Origin: Candidatus Versatilivorator sp.
GTDB taxonomy: Bacteria > Acidobacteriota > Terriglobia > Versatilivoradales > Versatilivoraceae
Direction of reading: 5' to 3'
Length of the DNA stretch: 64,000 nt
NCBI GenBank assembly: GCA_965198125.1
Contig: CBDAOQ010000003.1
Coordinates: forward strand, 3,407,953-3,471,952
Shown here: positions 54,707 through 64,000 of the stretch, piece after piece
Numbering within the stretch: position 1 is the stretch's first letter
Layout of the letters: every line of letters starts with the position of its first letter
Made by a program: the position numbers and the translations under genes
The notes under the pieces: model-generated
Told to the model about the DNA's origin: nothing
The model's database searches: none
What the model saw: only the letters and a program-made list of their open reading frames with translations

Positions 54707-56539
54707 ATGGACAGTTCACACGCCAATTCGACCACGCTGCGCACCATCCGCGCCAACCTTGATCTCACCCAGGAGCAGCTCGCCGAGCGGCTCGGTGTCT
54801 CTTTCGCCACCGTCAATCGCTGGGAAGGCGGATTGGTAACGCCCCAAAAGGCAGCTCGGGAGGCCATCGCCGCGCTGGCTGCCGAAGCCGGAGTCGACGC
54901 CCAGGAATCCGTTGCGGAACCCACCGAAGCGGCGGCGCGCGTGACCCGCCGGCGGTCCCGCCGGCGCCGGACGGCTGCTCCTTCCACCAAACCCATGGAG
55001 CAGATGCTGTGGGACGCGGCCTGCTCCATCCGCGGGGAGAAAGACGCGCCCAAGTTCAAGGACTACCTGTTGCCGCTTCTTTTCCTCAAACGCCTTTCGG
55101 ACGTCTTCGACGACGAGATCGATCGCCTGGCCGAGGAATTTGGAGACCACGAGGTCGCGCAAGAGATCGCGGAGAATGACCACGATCTGCTGCGCTTCTA
55201 CCTGCCGCCGGAAGCCCGCTGGGGAGTCATCAGCGGACGCGAAACTCACCAGTGGCCCCTCGACGACCACGGGCGAAGCACGCGGCCGCACGACATCGGC
55301 GAGCATCTGACCCGGGCGGTGCGGGTGGTCGTGCGGCAGAATCCCTCGCTTTCGGGCGTCATTGACCTCGTCGATTTCGCCTCCGAGCGCAACGGCGAGC
55401 GCGACCTCAACCCGGCCAAGCTCGCCGACGTGGTCGAGACCTTCTCCGATTCCCGATACCGGCTCGGCCTGGCCGACGTGCAGCCCGACTTCCTGGGACG
55501 CGCCTACGAGTACCTGCTCCGCAAATTTGCCGAAGGTTCCGGCCAGAGCGCGGGCGAGTTCTTCACCCCCACCGAGGTCGGCTTCCTCATGGCCCACCTC
55601 ATGCGCCCCAGGCCCGGCGAGGACTGCCACGACTATGCCTGCGGCTCGGCCGGTCTGCTGGTCAAGCTCGAACTGGTCGCGCGCGAACTCGACCCCACCA
55701 GCCGCGTGCCGCTCAAGCTCTGCGGCCAGGAACTGCAGGCCGAAAGCTACGCCGTCGCCCACATGAACGCCGTCATCCACGACATGGAGGTGGAAATCGC
55801 CCGCGGCGACACCATGATCAACCCCAAGTTCAAGACCCCATCGGGCCAAATCGCCGACCACGACATCGTGGTCGCCAATCCCATGTGGAACCAGCCCTTC
55901 AGCCCGGACCTCTTCGCCAATGACCCCTTCGACCGCTTCCGCACCCGGGGCGGCGTCACCACCGGCAAAGGCGACTGGGCCTGGCTCCAGCACACCCTGG
56001 CCTGCCTCAACCAGCGCGGGCGGGCGGCGGTGGTGCTCGACACCGGCGCAATGACCCGCGGCTCCGGCAGCAAGCATGAGGACCGGGAGCGCAACATCCG
56101 CAAGTGGTTCGTCGAGCGCGACCTCATCGACGGCGTCATCCTGCTGCCGGACAACCTCTTCTACAACACCAGCGCCGCCGGCGTCATCGTGGTGCTGTCC
56201 AAGCGCAAACCGGCCGCGCGGAAGGACAGGATCGTGCTCCTCAACGCCAGCCGGCGCGTGCGCAAGGGCCGCCCCAAGAACTACATCCCGGAGGAGGACA
56301 TCCGTCCCCTGGCGGCGGCCTTTGCGAAAGGCGAGCCGTTGCAGGGCGAGGTCGCCGTCATCACGCGCGAGCAGGCGGAACAGGCGGACTACAACCTCAG
56401 CCCGAGCCGCTGGGTGGGGCAGGCCGAGGCCGTCGCTCAGCGACCGATTAGGGAGATCATTGCCGAAATGCAGCGCCTCGATGATGAGGCCCGAGAGGTC
56501 GATGCGCGCCTGGCGGAAATGTTAGCACGACTGCAATAG
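54707..56539 (+). CDS. hsdM: Type I restriction-modification N6-adenine DNA methyltransferase subunit M with N-terminal HTH (XRE-like) domain
   Basis: N-terminus [21 protein letters not shown] is an HTH. HsdM N-terminal domain. AdoMet site FFTPTEV. Catalytic NPMWNQPF region; 610 aa. Confidence 0.85.
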   Translation: MDSSHANSTTLRTIRANLDLTQEQLAERLGVSFATVNRWEGGLVTPQKAAREAIAALAAEAGVDAQESVAEPTEAAARVTRRRSRRRRTAAPSTKPMEQMLWDAACSIRGEKDAPKFKDYLLPLLFLKRLSDVFDDEIDRLAEEFGDHEVAQEIAENDHDLLRFYLPPEARWGVISGRETHQWPLDDHGRSTRPHDIGEHLTRAVRVVVRQNPSLSGVIDLVDFASERNGERDLNPAKLADVVETFSDSRYRLGLADVQPDFLGRAYEYLLRKFAEGSGQSAGEFFTPTEVGFLMAHLMRPRPGEDCHDYACGSAGLLVKLELVARELDPTSRVPLKLCGQELQAESYAVAHMNAVIHDMEVEIARGDTMINPKFKTPSGQIADHDIVVANPMWNQPFSPDLFANDPFDRFRTRGGVTTGKGDWAWLQHTLACLNQRGRAAVVLDTGAMTRGSGSKHEDRERNIRKWFVERDLIDGVILLPDNLFYNTSAAGVIVVLSKRKPAARKDRIVLLNASRRVRKGRPKNYIPEEDIRPLAAAFAKGEPLQGEVAVITREQAEQADYNLSPSRWVGQAEAVAQRPIREIIAEMQRLDDEAREVDARLAEMLARLQ

Positions 56540-56574
56540 TCGTGGATACTCAGGACCAAAGGAGGTAGGAGAGC

Positions 56575-56946
56575 ATGGGAGCGACGCAGGTAACGGTCAG
56601 AATCACCAACCCCGCGGAGCCGGACAGGTTTTGGGAGGGGTTGTTTCTGGTGGATATCGGGGCCACCGATTCCCTTGTCCCCAGACAGCATCTTGAGGCT
56701 ATCGGCCTCCAGCCCAGGGGCCGAAGGACTTACGAGCTTGCCGACGGCAGTGAACTCGCCGTCGACGTCACGGTGGCGGAGATAGAGTTCATGGGCGAGG
56801 TCATCGGCGGGACGGTGATATATGGCGAGTCCAACGCGGAGCCGCTGCTGGGCTTAACGGCGCTGGAATCCGTGGGCATTGAGGTGGACCCGGTGAGCCA
56901 GCGGTTGAAGAGGCTGCCGGCCGTGCGGCTCAAGGGGCTGGTGTGA
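56575..56946 (+). CDS. retropepsin-like (clan AA) aspartic protease
   Basis: FLVDIGATDSLVP matches the D(T/S)G(A/S) active-site context of retroviral-type aspartyl proteases. 123 aa; stop overlaps the hsdS start (ATGA). Confidence 0.55.
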   Translation: MGATQVTVRITNPAEPDRFWEGLFLVDIGATDSLVPRQHLEAIGLQPRGRRTYELADGSELAVDVTVAEIEFMGEVIGGTVIYGESNAEPLLGLTALESVGIEVDPVSQRLKRLPAVRLKGLV

Positions 56947-58205
56947 CGACAAGGGAGACAACCCGCCTTGCGGACATGTGCGACCTGACAGCGGAGCCGG
57001 TAAGGCCCGGCACTCGGCCGGAGGCACTCTATCTCGGTCTGGAGCATCTTGCTTCCGGGCGGCTTGTTCGAATTGGCGGCGGTCGGGCGTCAGAGATGCG
57101 AAGCACCACATCCGCGTTTCAAGCCGATGACGTGCTGTACGGAAAACTCCGTCCGTATCTCGACAAGGCCATATTGGCTGACGAGCCGGGTGTCTGCACG
57201 ACGGAACTGCTCGTACTCCGGGCCAAGGCCAACGTAGACCCTCGATTCCTCGCTGTATTTCTTCATTCTCGTGGATTCCTCGAGTATGCGGTTGCGGGAA
57301 CAACGGGTGTCCAGCATCCAAGGACGTCATGGGCACACATTCGAGAGTACGTGCTCCCTGCCCTCACGTTAACTGAACAGCAACGAATTGCCGACCTACT
57401 TTGGCTTGTGCATGGGGCAATCAGCCGGTCAGAGAAGCTGGTCGACGAAGGCCAAGCCCTCAAGCGCGCCGCCATGCAAACACTGTTCACGCGCTGCCTG
57501 CGCGGCGAGGCTCAGAAAGAAACCGAGATCGGCCCGGTGCCGGAGAGTTGGGATATTGCGCCAATAGCCTCAGTCGCTAGGGTGAAGGGTGGAAAACGAA
57601 TGCCCAAAGGCGTTGCTTTGACAAATGAAGATACCGGAAAGCCCTACATCCGCGTAACGGATTTCAGGGACCATGGAGTGGATGTTAATCAGTTGCTGTT
57701 TGTACCAAGGGGTTACGAGTCGACGATATCACGCTACATCATCTCCATCGACGACGTGTACATCTCGATTGCCGGGACCATTGGCCTAGTCGGACAAGTT
57801 CCACAGGTTCTTGATGGTGCGAATCTGACCGAGAACGCTGCGAAAATCTCGTTGATCGATCAAAGCGTAAACACACGTTTCTTGATGTACGCACTTGCCT
57901 CAGATACCTGCCAATCGCAGATCGCACAATCTACAGCTACGAACGCACAGCCGAAGCTCGCACTGGTTCGTATAGAACAGATCCAGTTACCAATTCCTCC
58001 GACATTGGACGAACAGAACGAGATCGTCGCCATTCTCGACGCCATCGACCGCAAGATCGACCTGCACCGCAGGAAACGTGCCGTCCTCGACGATCTGTTC
58101 AAGGCACTCCTTCACAAGCTGATGACGGGTGAAATCCGTGTCGCAGATCTGGGTCTGTCAGCGCTAAGGGAAACGGCCTTATCTTCACAAACTTTTAGCG
58201 GCTAA
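56943..58205 (+). CDS. hsdS: Type I restriction-modification specificity subunit S
   Basis: Two target-recognition domains with conserved spacers (YLGLEHL, DVLYGKLRPYLDK, second TRD and LFKALLHKLMTGEIRV). Confidence 0.8.
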   Translation: MTTRETTRLADMCDLTAEPVRPGTRPEALYLGLEHLASGRLVRIGGGRASEMRSTTSAFQADDVLYGKLRPYLDKAILADEPGVCTTELLVLRAKANVDPRFLAVFLHSRGFLEYAVAGTTGVQHPRTSWAHIREYVLPALTLTEQQRIADLLWLVHGAISRSEKLVDEGQALKRAAMQTLFTRCLRGEAQKETEIGPVPESWDIAPIASVARVKGGKRMPKGVALTNEDTGKPYIRVTDFRDHGVDVNQLLFVPRGYESTISRYIISIDDVYISIAGTIGLVGQVPQVLDGANLTENAAKISLIDQSVNTRFLMYALASDTCQSQIAQSTATNAQPKLALVRIEQIQLPIPPTLDEQNEIVAILDAIDRKIDLHRRKRAVLDDLFKALLHKLMTGEIRVADLGLSALRETALSSQTFSG

Positions 58206-58244
58206 GCTCGTCTTCACGATTTGAGTTTACAGGAAGAATAGCTC

Positions 58245-61200
58245 ATGGATTTTCCCGATCTCCCACATCTGCGACAGCTTCAGAAAGACTTATGGCAATG
58301 GCCCAGTTCTCGTGCCACGGTCATGGTCGGAGCCGGGTTTAGCCGAAATTCAGTGCCTTTGCCTGGCGTGAGCACGAGCTTCCCAACTTGGCCTGAATTG
58401 GCCCAGGCCATGTTCGATGAGATTTACCCCGCATCGCCGAACGAGACAGCGGAACAAAAGCGAAGCAGAGAAAAACAATTCGACCGCAGTAACGCGCTCA
58501 GACTTGCCAGTGAATACGCGGCGACATTTGATCGCCAGAGACTTAAGTCCTTAATCCGCACAAGGATCCCTGATATCGATCACCAGCCGGGCAAAATTCA
58601 CAACCTGCTTCTCCAACTCCCATGGAAAGACGTCTTTACAACAAATTACGACACGCTTCTTGAGCGAACGGAGGTGCCGGGAAGGGTATATCAACCGGTG
58701 ACAACGGTACCCGAACTGACAACCGCGATTTCTCCAAGGATCATAAAACTACATGGCTCGTTTCCTTCCCTGACGCAATTCATCCTCACCGAAGAGGACT
58801 ACCGGTCTTACCCGAAAGACTTTGTGCTGTTTATCAACACCGTTCGCCAGTCACTGATCGAAAACACCTTCGTTTTAGTCGGCTTTTCGGGCGATGATCC
58901 GAATTTTTTGCAATGGACCGGTTGGATTCGGGATGAGCTTGGTAGTAACCATGCCCCTATCTATTTGGTCAGTCCTTTGTCATTAAGCAACGTGCAACGT
59001 TCGCTTCTCGCAAAACGGGGAGTAAAACCCATTGATCTCTCTCCCGTATTTTCGAGCAAAAATCGACCAGAAAGAATTCATGCATCCGCTGTCGAATGGT
59101 TTCTTCGCACTTTACTGGCAGCAAAGCCCCAACGACCGGATGCGTGGCTTAAAACCAAGAGGAGTGCCGCGGGAAACGCTGAGTTTGAACCTCCGATTCT
59201 TGTCAGCGGCTTCACCGAACCGGAAAAAGTTGATTTATCCGGCAGTTCTCAGAGTCCTCTGGACGAAGCTACCGTAATAAAGGTCATCAAGCGATGGCGT
59301 TTTGAGAGGAATCGTTATCCGGGATGGTTGATTCCAACGAACGAGATAAGATCTTTGCTTTGGCACGAAACGGGAGACTGGATAACGCCCCTTATCAAAT
59401 TTGCCGAAAACTGGCCGCCGGCCGATCGTCTTTTACTTTTTCGTGAGATTAACTGGCGGCTTGAAGTATCAATGATCCCGCTTTTTTCTGACTGGATAAC
59501 TCCGTTTGAGTCAGCAGTTGATGATCTATTTCCCAGCCTTAAAGATGGGATACCCATAAAGCCATCGGTCAAGGCAGTGAGGCCCATAAATGTTTCGAAT
59601 ACGGAAGTGCCTGAAGCGTGGCTGGAAATCGCCTTTGCGCTACTCCGCGAATCACGAGAAGACTATCACTCGGAGCGTTGGAACGCGTTCAATAACAAGA
59701 TTGGTCAAGTTGTAGGCAATTACCCGCAATTCACCGACAAGAATTATTACGAGCAGGCTTTATGGAGGATATGGAACATAGAGAGAAACCAAGCCAACGA
59801 TGTGCTTGCAAAATGGTCGCCTTCACCACATTCGCCCCTCGCCGTAATGTGGAAGGCAGGGCTTCTGGCCGAACTCGACGATTTAAACGAGGCGCGCTCT
59901 CTTCTACGAACCGCACTGCGAGAAATCAGAAAATCTCTCCATAACTCTCAAGGACGCAATATTGATCTGCTCTCGCTTGAAGGATGGTGTGCGTACTTAT
60001 TATTTACAAGCACGCTTTCGCTGGAAGGATCTGAAGGGCGGCAGCTCCAGGAAGAGTTCTCAGAGCGATGGCAGGAATTGGAAGCATGGGACTGTAGCCC
60101 TTGGCCGCTTAAGCAGTACTTCGACGCAATACTGTCGAAAACTCCACCCATCCCCCAAAAGCCAAAACAAATCGTCCGCAGCTTCGATCCCGGGCGTAGG
60201 ACTATCACTCACCATATTGGAAGTACCATAGGACCGTGGCTGCCCGCATTTGCTTGCATCCGGTTATACGAACAGGTTGGCATCCCCTTACACTTGCGCT
60301 GCTTCAACCTTTCAGGAAGCGCGCTGAGAAACGCGTGTAAATGGGTAGCTCCCTTCACCGGCTTCTGGAGCCCGGCACTTCTTATTCGTGCCGGTAAAAG
60401 AGACGATCTGACAAAGCATGACATTATGAATCGTGTGCAAGTTGCCGCGATGAAACCGGATCTTGCGAGAAGCCTGAACAAATGGGCGATGCGCGCATTG
60501 AAACGCGAGATTTCGTCTCTGAGCGGAAACGTTACACGGACATCCGGTCAAGAATCATTACTGGAAGTACTGCCTGAAGTCTTGTCAAGACTGGCGTTCA
60601 AGTTGGAATCGTCTGATCTCCAAGAGGCGTTTTCCGTGGCCTTGGGGCTTCATGCGCAACCTGGTATCGCCAGTAATATCAGCCTTCATCGATCGTGTAA
60701 ACCTTGGTTTGAGCGATTGTTTGAAGCCGCTGATGACAGACAACTTCTCGTATGGCTTCCCGAATTGATTCAGTTTCCGCTAAGTGTTGGAGGTGTTGGA
60801 AGTGATCGACTCTCGAATCCGTATCCTCACCCTTGGCCTGACCCGATGACACATTTTCCAATAGAACGATTACGTATTGCCGATGACTTGTCTTCCGAAC
60901 TTGAAGCTGAAATTAATGAGTCAACTGAGTGGCTCTTGGAGCGTGCCAAGAGCGAACTGGGCGAAGAACGTTGCAGAGCAATGATGCGTCTCATTGACCT
61001 TTTCGACACCAAACTAATGACGGAGGAACAAAGAAATCGTCTAGGTGCATTGCTATGGGAGAAAACCAGCGAATACGGTTTGCCTGATTTGCCGGATCTT
61101 AACTGTTTCAGCTACTTGCATTTACCCTCGCCTGAAAAAGTTGATGTCGTCTCGAAAGTTAATGCACACATACTTAACATCGCGCCAATTCGGTCCGTAT

Positions 61201-62129
61201 CAATTGACACCAAGGGAACGATCTCCATATCAAGACAAGCAACGGCAGATCCGATGATTTTTAATGCGGCATTTGCTTCAAAGGCCGCCGTTAATATTCC
61301 CTACGAACCGACGGGGATCATTGAATGGAGTTGGGACGAGGCGAAGAAACTGTGGGAAAGATCGAAAGAATGGTGGGATAACGAAAAAATCGCGTTGTCC
61401 ATCGAGAAGTCTTCACCCTTTCTTGGGACCGAGCATATATCAGACAATCTTGAGAGGGTGGGTACGTTTTTGGCACGAGCCGTATTGCCAAAAATGGACT
61501 CGGCAAGTGAGGATGAATGGAACAGTGTGCTTGCGTTTTTTTCCGAGACTCGGAAACGCGGAGTGTATCTGACCACGGTATTACCGTACGTCCTTCTCCA
61601 TCGTTCCAGCGAAAGAGAGAAAGTTATTGAAACGGTTCTCGATGACCTGTCTTCAGATGATGAGAAGGCTGTACAAGCGAGTGCAAGAGCTATTCGGCAT
61701 TGGGTTCATTTAGCCGTCGCGGGGTTTTTGGACATTCCACCGAAAACAGTGATTGACGAATTGATACGGCGGGTCGTATTCAGGCGACCTGAAGGGACCC
61801 AGACTTGCTTGCATCAATTGGCAGTTCTCCTAATCGAAAAACCCGATTTCGTCAATTCTGGACAAGTGAATCTCGTTGTTGCGAGTATAACACCATGGAG
61901 TCAGGCAACCTGTCTTCCGCTCTCCGAAGAAAGGAATGGCGATTTTCCTGAAGAGGAAAGACCCGAAATTCGCGCTCTTCTCGGAAGGTTGGCCTCTGCG
62001 CTCAGCATCTGGCTGAAGAAGAGAATTCCCAATCAACCAGAACCCCCGGGAATTTCTCGTTTGAGGCAATCGTACAAATCAGACCCTCTCCCAGAGGTTC
62101 GACGAGCTTTTGACACATGGAAGCAATGA
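58245..62129 (+). CDS. SIR2-domain (DSR2-like defense-associated sirtuin) large protein: N-terminal SIR2 NADase-like domain plus about 1000-aa helical C-terminal region
   Basis: VMVGAGFS (Gly-rich NAD loop), TTNYDTLLE with Asn134, IIKLHGS with His170, VGFSGDDPNF. The Asn/His positions match the catalytic N133/H171 spacing of DSR2. GC about 50%, below the flanks. Confidence 0.75.
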   Translation: MDFPDLPHLRQLQKDLWQWPSSRATVMVGAGFSRNSVPLPGVSTSFPTWPELAQAMFDEIYPASPNETAEQKRSREKQFDRSNALRLASEYAATFDRQRLKSLIRTRIPDIDHQPGKIHNLLLQLPWKDVFTTNYDTLLERTEVPGRVYQPVTTVPELTTAISPRIIKLHGSFPSLTQFILTEEDYRSYPKDFVLFINTVRQSLIENTFVLVGFSGDDPNFLQWTGWIRDELGSNHAPIYLVSPLSLSNVQRSLLAKRGVKPIDLSPVFSSKNRPERIHASAVEWFLRTLLAAKPQRPDAWLKTKRSAAGNAEFEPPILVSGFTEPEKVDLSGSSQSPLDEATVIKVIKRWRFERNRYPGWLIPTNEIRSLLWHETGDWITPLIKFAENWPPADRLLLFREINWRLEVSMIPLFSDWITPFESAVDDLFPSLKDGIPIKPSVKAVRPINVSNTEVPEAWLEIAFALLRESREDYHSERWNAFNNKIGQVVGNYPQFTDKNYYEQALWRIWNIERNQANDVLAKWSPSPHSPLAVMWKAGLLAELDDLNEARSLLRTALREIRKSLHNSQGRNIDLLSLEGWCAYLLFTSTLSLEGSEGRQLQEEFSERWQELEAWDCSPWPLKQYFDAILSKTPPIPQKPKQIVRSFDPGRRTITHHIGSTIGPWLPAFACIRLYEQVGIPLHLRCFNLSGSALRNACKWVAPFTGFWSPALLIRAGKRDDLTKHDIMNRVQVAAMKPDLARSLNKWAMRALKREISSLSGNVTRTSGQESLLEVLPEVLSRLAFKLESSDLQEAFSVALGLHAQPGIASNISLHRSCKPWFERLFEAADDRQLLVWLPELIQFPLSVGGVGSDRLSNPYPHPWPDPMTHFPIERLRIADDLSSELEAEINESTEWLLERAKSELGEERCRAMMRLIDLFDTKLMTEEQRNRLGALLWEKTSEYGLPDLPDLNCFSYLHLPSPEKVDVVSKVNAHILNIAPIRSVSIDTKGTISISRQATADPMIFNAAFASKAAVNIPYEPTGIIEWSWDEAKKLWERSKEWWDNEKIALSIEKSSPFLGTEHISDNLERVGTFLARAVLPKMDSASEDEWNSVLAFFSETRKRGVYLTTVLPYVLLHRSSEREKVIETVLDDLSSDDEKAVQASARAIRHWVHLAVAGFLDIPPKTVIDELIRRVVFRRPEGTQTCLHQLAVLLIEKPDFVNSGQVNLVVASITPWSQATCLPLSEERNGDFPEEERPEIRALLGRLASALSIWLKKRIPNQPEPPGISRLRQSYKSDPLPEVRRAFDTWKQ

Positions 62130-62457
62130 GGGTAGAGGGTATCCATGAACCTTGATGCAATCTGAGCGTTGGCCCGAACCGGCGAATCTGACACGCCGGA
62201 GTTCAAGGCGACGACCCAGACGAGTCGAGAGGCAGCCACGATGGGTTTCCCCTTCTTGAACAATCACGGCGGGCAGGCGCTGTTCGGTGTGACGCCGCAC
62301 GGTTGTGGTTAGCTGTTGGGTCAGCGGGCGGACCATCAAGGAATTGAGCGCCGAGCGTCGGCGAAGCACCCCCCCGGACTTCCCGACGGACGAACGGGTC
62401 CGCGTGGACGGCGACCGCGAAGTCATTGTCGAAGCGAACGCGACCCCAAGAGAATAA

Positions 62458-62790
62458 ATGATGATTCCGGACGTTGCCGAGCGGGCTGCTGAACTGGAAC
62501 AACTCTGCCGGGACCACCATGTCTGGCGGCTCGACCTGTTCGGTTCGGCCGCAGCCGGACGGTTTCAATCTGAAAGGAGCGACCTCGACTTCCTTGTCGA
62601 TTTCCACCCGCTTCCTTTCAGCGACTACGCCGACGCTTACTTCGGCCTGCTAGCCGCGCTGCGACAACTTTTTGAACGGCCTGTGGACCTTGTCGTTCGC
62701 GCTGCCATTAAAAATCCTTACTTCTTGCAATCAGTGGAGCAGACGAGGACATGCGTTTATGAAGCTCGAAGCCAAGAAATATCTGTATGA
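62458..62790 (+). CDS. nucleotidyltransferase (MNT/MntA-type antitoxin-like, Pol-beta superfamily)
   Basis: LFGSAAAGRFQSERSDLDFLVDF (GSxxxGxxxxxSDxD NTase motif); 110 aa. Confidence 0.7.
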   Translation: MMIPDVAERAAELEQLCRDHHVWRLDLFGSAAAGRFQSERSDLDFLVDFHPLPFSDYADAYFGLLAALRQLFERPVDLVVRAAIKNPYFLQSVEQTRTCVYEARSQEISV

Positions 62791-62878
62791 CAACCTGGGA
62801 CAGGCCACCACGAATTCACGGGGGCAGTTGCGGCGCGGGGTCTGCCGGAGGGAACAAGGTGGGAATGCTCAAGGATGA
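62759..62878 (+). pseudogene. truncated HepT (DUF86)-like toxin remnant overlapping the MNT stop
   Basis: Begins MKLEAKKYLYDNL like HepT N-termini but terminates after 39 aa; probably degraded. Confidence 0.3.
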
Positions 62879-62917
62879 TGTAATTCGAGTGCCCGCCCGC
62901 TGCTTTGGAGGGCATTG

Positions 62918-64000
62918 ATGCCGCCCGTTTATTATCACGAGGGCAGATTCCCGCCCGAGGAGCGCCTCGACTGGTCCAAGCTGATCCCGCTCATCGGCCG
63001 TGCCAGTGCTGCGGTGGCTCGCTACGACGGGATGCTCGGCGCCACCCCTGACCCCGATGTTCTGCTCTCCCCGCTGACCACCCGCGAAGCTGTACTTTCC
63101 TCACGCATCGAAGGCACCCAGGCCACCATGGGTGAAGTACTCGAGTACGAGGCCGGACAAGAACCCGATTCTCCCGCACGTCGGGAAGACATCCACGAGG
63201 TTATTAACTATCGCTCGGCCATGCGGCAAGCGGAAAAAATGCTGAAAGATCTGCCACTGTCCCTGCGGGTTATTCGCGAGGCCCACAAGGTACTAATGAG
63301 CGGCGTGCGGGGCGAGGGAAAGTCGCCAGGTGAGTTTCGCCGGGTCCCCAACTGGATCGGACCGCCCGGCTGCACGGTCAGTCAAGCCACGTTTGTGCCG
63401 ATCCGGGCAGACAAACTTCCCGAGGCAATGGGTGCGTGGGAGCGCGATATCCACCGCGCTGCGCCCGACCCCTTGGTACAACTCGCAATCCTCCACGCTG
63501 AATTCGAGGCGCTGCATCCGTTCCTGGATGGCAATGGCCGCCTCGGGCGCATGCTGGTGCCTCTTTTCCTGTGGCATGCCGGCCTCATCAGGGCCCCCCG
63601 GTTCTACATCAGCGCCTACTTCGAAACCCGCCGCGATGCCTATTACGACGGTTTGCTTGCCGTCTCCCGAGACGACGACTGGACAGGGTGGTGCCAGTTT
63701 TTCCTTGAGGCGGTATGGGTCCAGGCTGAGGAGAACCTGGCCAAGGCCCAAGGCATTATTGATCTCTTCGGCCGTATGAAGCAGCGGGTGGCGGAGTTGA
63801 CCCGCTCGCAGTACGCCTTTCGTGCTCTGGATTGGATTTTCGCGTATCCGATTTTCACCAGCACCCACTTTGTGCAGGGTGCAGGCATCCCGGAGCCCAC
63901 GGCTCGCCGGTTTCTTCGAGTGCTGCGAGACGGGGAGATTCTCAAACTGGCTAAACCTGGCGTTGGCCGACGGGCCAGCATGTTCCTTTTTCCGGCTCTC
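62918..64000 (+). CDS. Fic family protein (AMPylase-like), 3' end beyond window
   Basis: Fic motif HPFLDGNGRLGRML (HPFx[DE]GNGR) at about residue 170. Open to the window edge, so it is absent from the ORF track. Confidence 0.85.
   Translation, partial: MPPVYYHEGRFPPEERLDWSKLIPLIGRASAAVARYDGMLGATPDPDVLLSPLTTREAVLSSRIEGTQATMGEVLEYEAGQEPDSPARREDIHEVINYRSAMRQAEKMLKDLPLSLRVIREAHKVLMSGVRGEGKSPGEFRRVPNWIGPPGCTVSQATFVPIRADKLPEAMGAWERDIHRAAPDPLVQLAILHAEFEALHPFLDGNGRLGRMLVPLFLWHAGLIRAPRFYISAYFETRRDAYYDGLLAVSRDDDWTGWCQFFLEAVWVQAEENLAKAQGIIDLFGRMKQRVAELTRSQYAFRALDWIFAYPIFTSTHFVQGAGIPEPTARRFLRVLRDGEILKLAKPGVGRRASMFLFPAL

Noticed and set aside
54716-56077. 453-aa minus-strand ORF
   Set aside because: Antisense to hsdM.

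Overview
This 64-kb window is high-GC (about 60-65%) bacterial chromosome. The gene content points to Acidobacteriota or a related PVC-like lineage: a PSCyt/DUF1549/DUF1553 protein paired with a DUF1501 protein, many TPR and carboxypeptidase-regulatory-like secreted proteins, and Tat-signal enzymes.

Housekeeping content:
- The N-terminus of rlmN on the minus strand at the left edge.
- An M16 peptidase, an MBL hydrolase, and a complete purB-purS-purQ-purL-purF-purM-purN operon.
- tyrS, fxsA, a TPP-dependent enzyme, a CaCA antiporter, a MATE exporter, a gluconolactonase, an LLM oxidoreductase, a BNR/sialidase-like hydrolase, an M20 amidohydrolase, a DapA-family enzyme and an Fe-ADH.
- A PspA/IM30 stress cluster linked to a membrane-anchored spermidine synthase and a DUF350 protein.

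Two lower-GC accessory islands carry defense-like genes:
- At 0.7-3.7 kb there is a tandem pair of ABC/AAA ATPases. The second carries a C-terminal OLD/TOPRIM-like nuclease domain, so the pair looks PARIS/OLD-like.
- At 54.7-64 kb there is a Type I RM methylase (HTH-fused HsdM) and a specificity subunit (HsdS) with no hsdR in the window. A retropepsin-like protease gene sits between them. A 1294-aa SIR2-domain (DSR2-like) protein lies immediately downstream, followed by an MNT nucleotidyltransferase, a truncated HepT and a Fic protein.

Other elements:
- One IS element (ISAs1-like transposase, about 35-bp imperfect terminal inverted repeats) sits at 36.5-38.6 kb, next to a DUF1640-like gene with an expanded in-frame 33-bp tandem repeat.
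- A modular family of interspersed repeats occupies five intergenic loci (about 14.8-15.25, 21.1-22.2, 33.96-34.24, 47.1-47.7 and 54.28-54.56 kb). Its modules are MITE-like units with ACAGGATA-type terminal repeats, 9-bp CACGAAGGN tandem arrays, a GC hairpin followed by an ATCATYCGAGAGTGAAACAA motif, and an about 280-bp arm ending in GGATAAC + T-run that abuts gene ends.

The ORF track contains many long spurious antisense or alternate-frame ORFs typical of high-GC DNA.
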